Assembly (NCBI GenBank): GCA_963764725.1
Contig: CAVXTM010000011.1
Span: forward strand, 356,341 to 420,340
Direction of reading: 5' to 3'
Origin: an uncultured Gammaproteobacteria bacterium
Lineage (GTDB): Bacteria; Pseudomonadota; Gammaproteobacteria; JACCXJ01
DNA: 64,000 bases
The notes beneath the pieces are model-generated. The model searched no databases. It saw only the letters and a program-made list of their open reading frames with translations, and was not told the origin of the DNA. Positions 58,319 to 64,000 of the stretch are shown here, one piece after another (within the stretch, counting starts at the first letter, position 1; every line of letters starts with the position of its first letter). The position numbers were made by a program, and so were the translations under genes.

Positions 58319-59704
58319 TCAGGATGGGTCTCCGCTCAGGCTATTTGCTTCGCAACGATCCAGCGTCACTCGCTGGGCGTCTGGCGCTAATCGATTCAGC
58401 ACTAATCTAAGCTCATCAGCAATCGCGCTCACTTCGCTGTCATTGCGTGGTTTCTTCCACTCCTTCGTCGCGGAATAACTCATGAAATAGTCGCGTACGC
58501 TTTTACTCAGCAGTGCCAGCGCACCGAGGCCGCTAGTCGCGTAGAGCGCGGCTGCGCCCAGCGCACCCTTGGTAAATCCACCATCCTTTACTTTCCATCC
58601 CATTTCTTTAAGAGCGGTCGATTTCTCACTTGAGGCATTGTCACGCATTGTTGCCGTTACAACAATCTTGGATTTGGGACTTTCCGACAGCGGTGCTATT
58701 ACTAGGCGATTGTGATCGTCCGCATCGATCTGCCATGATTCGCCTTTGTTCATGGTTCGACTCAAAACAAGCGATAACACCCCCGCGACTTTGTGCATCG
58801 CAACCGAGGATGGGGGTTTCCCATCCGGTGGTGATTTCGCCTCCAGCAGACGCCCCGTCCGGATCCGCTCGGGAAGCGGTCGCTCACGGGCAGTAGATTC
58901 CGTTGCGTCGGTCCTTGCTTGCGGTGCGGGCGTAGGTACCTGGTGCCCCTTTTCAGCCTTTACGCCCTGCGACTCGGTTTTGTTCACTGAATCCAGAATT
59001 TCATCGATCTCCTTCGCCACTTCAGCCTTTACGCCCTGCGACCCGGTTTTATTCATTGCATTCAGAACTTCGTAGATCTCCTTCGCCACCGTCGCAAACA
59101 GATCATGCCGCTGTCCTAATCGTTTCAATAATTCGCGTGTGTCCTCAATCACTGCACGCCCGTGTTCCTTGAAATGCGCTTTAATCTCAAAAACCAACGC
59201 AATCTGATCCTTAATGTCCAAGGGATCGGGCGTGTCTACCCGCTCGCGCAGATTCCCCAGATACGATAGAGGCACAGGCGGCGGGTCGGGTAATACAGTC
59301 GGCAACGGTGGCGCGGCCGGCAAACTTTTGAGGGCGCGATTCATGCGGATCAAATCGGCTTTATCTTGATCGCAATAATCGACAAACTGGATTTCGCTCA
59401 AGTTGCGCGGCAGTAGGTTTAAGTTAACATTGCGCGAAAGCCGTACGGGCAATAGGGGTTTGTGCAGGTTAAATGCGTAATGCAATTCCTGTTTGCACGC
59501 TTGTGATTCTAGTGTGTCCGGCGTCATGACGGCGATGAATATATCGGCCCTCCGGATCTGGGCGAGTATGTTGTCCCACCATCGCTGCCCGCCGGTCAGC
59601 GCCTGGTCATACCACACTTGGTGTTCTAGCGAACCCAGATCCTGGGACAGATTAGTAACAGCATCGAGATCAGCACGGCTATAGCTGATAAAAATACTCG
59701 CCAT
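58319..59704 (-). CDS. TIR-domain protein with uncharacterised C-terminal region
   Basis: IFISYSRAD, VWYDQALTGGQRWW, SQACKQELHYA, KPLLPV. Confidence 0.88.
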   Translation of the reverse strand: MASIFISYSRADLDAVTNLSQDLGSLEHQVWYDQALTGGQRWWDNILAQIRRADIFIAVMTPDTLESQACKQELHYAFNLHKPLLPVRLSRNVNLNLLPRNLSEIQFVDYCDQDKADLIRMNRALKSLPAAPPLPTVLPDPPPVPLSYLGNLRERVDTPDPLDIKDQIALVFEIKAHFKEHGRAVIEDTRELLKRLGQRHDLFATVAKEIYEVLNAMNKTGSQGVKAEVAKEIDEILDSVNKTESQGVKAEKGHQVPTPAPQARTDATESTARERPLPERIRTGRLLEAKSPPDGKPPSSVAMHKVAGVLSLVLSRTMNKGESWQIDADDHNRLVIAPLSESPKSKIVVTATMRDNASSEKSTALKEMGWKVKDGGFTKGALGAAALYATSGLGALALLSKSVRDYFMSYSATKEWKKPRNDSEVSAIADELRLVLNRLAPDAQRVTLDRCEANSLSGDPS

Positions 59705-60153
59705 TTCGAGATAACCCCCGCTTGCTGATAAGCATAGAAACTCCGGGACGATATTAGAATAGAAACCAAGTTACCGAACGGAATATGGTTAGTACTCTAG
59801 GTCTGCTCTTAACAGCATACGTAACACTATGCTGATTGCGCAGTGACTTTTCGCACATTTTTCCAAGATTGCGGTATTCCAAGCGATCCCAAACTACGAC
59901 GCAAGCGAGCAGCGATTTTTTTCTCCGTCTGGGCGTTCAATCCTGTCTTTCTTAAAGTTCGGTCAGGGTAGGTTGCTCGGCCCACGGCGCCACCAACGGA
60001 GCGCGAGTTATCGCACTTTGTGTTCCGTTATGCACGGAACGGGATCTCAGATAGAATCAATCAGTGACTGGACCTGCGATCGCGGATCCGCGATCTCGTT
60101 CTATTCTGCCATCCGCTTCCGGTTCTCAACTTTTTCTGCATTCCGCATTCGTC

Positions 60154-60939
60154 ATGCGCATCATCACGCTCAACTGCAACGGCATCCGTTCCGCCACCCG
60201 CAAAGGACTGTTCGACTGGCTGCGCAAGCAGCGGGCGGACGTGCTGTGCTTGCAGGAAACCAAAGCGCAGATCACCGACCTCACCGATCCCGTGTTTTTT
60301 CCCAAAGGCTGGCACGTTTATTTCAACGACGCGCAGAAAGCGGGCTATGCCGGGGTTGCGCTGTATTGCCGGCAGAAACCCGACGAGGTCCTGAATCAGC
60401 TCAAGGCCGCGGAGTTCGATGCGGAAGGCCGTTACCTTGAAGCGCGGTTCGGCAAGCTCTCGGTGGTTTCGCTGTACCTGCCGTCCGGCTCGGCGGGTCC
60501 CGAGCGGCAGGCGAGCAAGGACCGCTTCCTTAAATTCTTCCAGCCCAAGCTGCGCGAGTGGATCAAGTGCGGGCAAGAATTCATCGTGTGCGGCGACTGG
60601 AACATCGCGCACAAGGAAATTGATCTCAAGAACTGGAAGGCCAACCAGAAATATTCCGGCTTCCTGCCGCATGAACGCGCATGGCTGGATGTGGCGTTTG
60701 GCCCCGAACCTGAAGGGCTCGGCTGGGTGGACGCCTACCGTGTGCTGCACCCCGAGCACACCGGAGAGGCCTACACGTGGTGGAGCAACCGCGGAGCGGC
60801 CTGGGCCAAGAACGTGGGCTGGCGCATTGACTACCAGTTTATTACGCCGGCCCTGCGGAGCAAAGTGCGCAAGGCCTCGATCTACAAGGCGGAGCGGTTC
60901 TCCGACCACGCACCTTTGATCATGGACTATGACCTATAA
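60154..60939 (+). CDS. xth: Exodeoxyribonuclease III
   Basis: LNCNGIRS, CLQETKA, GDWNIAH, YTWWSNRG, GWRIDY, SDHAP. Confidence 0.95.
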   Translation: MRIITLNCNGIRSATRKGLFDWLRKQRADVLCLQETKAQITDLTDPVFFPKGWHVYFNDAQKAGYAGVALYCRQKPDEVLNQLKAAEFDAEGRYLEARFGKLSVVSLYLPSGSAGPERQASKDRFLKFFQPKLREWIKCGQEFIVCGDWNIAHKEIDLKNWKANQKYSGFLPHERAWLDVAFGPEPEGLGWVDAYRVLHPEHTGEAYTWWSNRGAAWAKNVGWRIDYQFITPALRSKVRKASIYKAERFSDHAPLIMDYDL

Positions 60940-63900
60940 GCCGACGCGGCGTGGGCCGGGCTGGCTGGAGGTGGGGCGCGCATTCGCGCGGCCTAAAGTT
61001 GCGGTGATGCTCATTGTGTACCCGCCGCAATTTCACGCCTGTCTGCGGGAAGACATCTTCCCCAAGGCCATGGAGCATCTCCCGGCCCGCGACGCCGACG
61101 CCGTCCGCGTGTCGCTGGAGATGGTGGATCAGGCCGACATCTACATCGGCATCTATGCCTGGCGATACGGCCACATTCCCGAGGGCCAGGACATCTCGAT
61201 CACCGAGATGGAATTCAACCGTGCCGTCGAGCGCGGGATTCCGATCCTCGTCTTCCTCATCCACAAAGACCACCCGCTGACCATCGACATGGTTGAGGCG
61301 CGTGAGGGCGCCCAGGAAAAGCTCAAGCGACTGAAAGAACGCGCCAGCCACGGCCGCGGGCGTTTGGAGTTCAAGTCGCCCGTTGAACTGCGCGGCCATA
61401 TCATCCAGTCGCTAGGTGCCTTGCTCAAGGAGGAAGAAGCGGCCAGCCAGGAGAAGCGGGCACCCAGCTTGCATCCGCCCAACCTCATTCCCACTGCTCC
61501 CGCGCCGTACATCGCGCATCCCTACTCGCTGCTGCAAACGCGCGAGGTGGTTGGGCGGCGTGAAGAATTGCACCTGCTCACCGATTGGGTGACGGCGAAC
61601 ACCATCGTGCCGCGCGACGTGCGCCTGTTCAATGTTGTCGCCATCGGCGGCATGGGCAAGAGCGCCCTCACGTGGAAGTGGTTCAACGACATCGCGCCCA
61701 ACGAAATGCCGCACCTCGCAGGGCGGATGTGGTGGAGCTTTTACGAGAGCGACGCCTACTTCGAGAACTTCGTCATACGCGCGCTGGCCTACGCTGCCGG
61801 GCTGCCAGGAGGCCGAGGTGCGCCAGATGCCCGCGCCGGATCGCGAAGACCAGCTCTGGCACGTGCTCGACCAGCGCCCCTTCCTGCTGGTGCTCGACGG
61901 GTTGGAGCGCATCCTGCTCGCCTATGCGCGCATGGACGCCGCGCACCTGCCGGACGATGACCTGGACGAGCAGACCGCCAATGACATCGCCCAGTTCTAC
62001 GGCTTGCCGGACAACGTCAAGGAGACCTATCTGGAAAAACACCGCCTGCGCCAGTGCACCGACCCACGCGCCGGGCACTTCCTGCGGCGGCTGGCGCAGG
62101 TGCGCGCCTCGCGCGTGCTCATCTCCACCCGGCTCTACCCGGCGGAACTCCAGACGAACACGGCCCAGCCCCGGCCCGGCTGCTATCCCCTCTTCCTCAC
62201 CGGGCTGAGCGACGACGACGCGCTGACGCTGTGGCGCGCCTTCATTGGCGGGCGCGGAGCGGCACGAGCGAGCAACTGCTGCCGCTCTTCCGCGCCTTTG
62301 GCAACTACCCGCTGCTGCTGCGTGCCCTGGCCGGCGAGGTGGCTGAATATAGGCCCGCGCCGGGAGATTTCGACCGCTGGCGCCAGGCGCATGCCGACTT
62401 CAACCCCGCCGCGCTGCCGCTGCAAAACGCCAAGACTCACGTGCTGGAATTCGCCCTGCGCGGCTTAAGCGCAGTGCAGCGCCACGTCCTCCACACCATC
62501 GCCGCCTTCCGCATGCCGGCCACGTGGGAGACGCTGCGCGCCGTGCTGGTCGGCGCAGAGAAGCAGAAGCCGTGTCGGGACGACCGCGCGCTGGACGCCA
62601 CGCTGACGGAGTTGGAAGACCGCGGCCTGGTCGGCTGGGACAAGGTGGCGAATCGCTACGACCTCCATCCCATCGTGCGTGGCGTGGTATGGCAGGCGCT
62701 GGATGCACGCGCCCGGCGGGATATTTACGGCGCCCTGCACAGCTATTTCGACGCGGCGCCGAGACCACCGGCATGGGAGAAAGTTGAAAGCCTCGAAGAC
62801 CTGACGTCCGGCATTGAGCTGTTCCACACGCTCATTGGGTTGGAGCGCTACGAGGATGCCTCGTTGTTTTTCGGGATCATCTCGAAGACGCCACGCTCTA
62901 CCGCCTGAGCGCGAGTCGACAGCGGGCGGAGTTGCTTGAGCGGCTCTTTCCTGATGGCGTGGAAACGCTGCCCCGGCTGGCGAACGCGCGGCACCAGAGC
63001 TACACGCTCAATGCGCTGGCGATGGCTTACCAATTCAGCGGCGAGCCCGGTCGTGCCGAGCCACTCTTTCGGCGTGCCTTAGAAATTGATGAACAGGAAA
63101 AAGATTGGGCGAAGTGGCCATAGCCTTCTTATGCAACCTCTCCGATGCACTCCGGCTCTCTGGTCATCTCCGTGCAGCCGAGACGGCTGCTTGCCGTGCG
63201 CTGGAGATGTGCCGCGAACAAGGCAGACCGATTTCAGGAAGGTATTAGTCTCTATGGGTTGGTGTCGCTCTCGCCGCTTGCGGGCAGCCTCCCCATCGGA
63301 TCGCCCTGTGCCGTGCGCTGAATATCTGGTTGCACAGAAACACACACAAGGCGAAGGCCTCGTTAATGCCTTCTCGCGCAACGCTGCCTCTGGCTCAGTC
63401 AACCCGGCGAGGCGCTACCGCTCGCGCAACGCGCCTGGGAACTGGCCCACGTCCGACGCAAGGACGCGACCTCATCCGAGCCGCCCGACTCCACGGCGAG
63501 GCAGCCCTGGGCCTAGGCGACCTGACCACCGCCACCGAGCGCCTGCACCATGCCCTCACCCGCGCCCGCGCCGTCAACCTCGTCGAAGAAGAACTTCCCG
63601 CGCTGACGGCCCTGGCCGAACTGCACCGGCAGCAGCAGCACTACGACACCGCACGCGAACTCCTCGACCAGGTCTGGACCCCGCCGAGCGCGGGCCGTAT
63701 CCGCTCTTGCACGCCGATGCGCTCAACGTCCTGGCACAGCTTGAACGCGACCAGGGCCGCCGCGAGGCCGCCGTTGCCGCCGCCACCGAGGCGTACAGGC
63801 AGGCCTGGTGCGACGGGCCGCCCTACGCCTACCACTTCGGCCTGACCAACGCCCGCCGCCATCTCCAGGAACTCGGTGCGGCCGGCCGGTGCTGCCGCCC

Positions 63901-63970
63901 TTCGATGCCTCCCAATACGAGCCAATGCCGGAAGTCGAGCTTGACCCGGAAGACGAGTTTCACGTGTGAT
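60929..63970 (+). pseudogene. DUF4062-STAND NTPase-wHTH-TPR protein, multiply frameshifted, behind an AmpG-like N-terminal stub
   Basis: ADIYIGIYAWRYG, SITEMEFNRA (DUF4062); AIGGMGKSAL, LLVLDGLE (P-loop); RYDLHPIVR; TPR-like helices, AWCDGPPYAY. First 28 residues (..ARPKVAVML) resemble an AmpG start and overlap the xth stop. Confidence 0.8.
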
Positions 63971-64000
63971 TAGGTCGCTGCGCTCCAGTGAGGCACGCGG

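Overview
GC-rich, gammaproteobacterial-looking chromosomal segment. Core gene blocks are galE/ExeA-type ATPase, metK-ahcY-metF, gap-pgk-pyk-fba, pduO, uup, phoBR with a Pho-box-preceded OprO/P porin, a leucine/isovalerate (liu-like) cluster with an SDR and acetoacetyl-CoA synthetase, kynU-kmo-FAD/FeS oxidoreductase, and xth. These blocks are repeatedly interrupted by accessory cargo: a beta-helix secreted protein, two copper-radical oxidases with wHTH-ATPase regulators, a CheB/CheR-PAS-GGDEF-EAL protein, Uma2 nucleases, Fic, two TIR proteins, a DUF4062-STAND-TPR protein and attC-flanked cassettes. Mobile DNA includes an intact ISL3 with TSD, an IS50-like pseudo-element, an IS5-type MITE, GTAG REPs and four copies of a ~115-bp multi-hairpin repeat. 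The most unusual signal is that cargo repeatedly sits between diverged direct repeats of host gene ends or starts. One secreted-protein gene is split from its start codon by a 477-bp segment whose excision would restore the frame. Several frameshifts are single-base insertions, mostly in short runs, and may be long-read errors. All calls come from reading the sequence; no searches were run.
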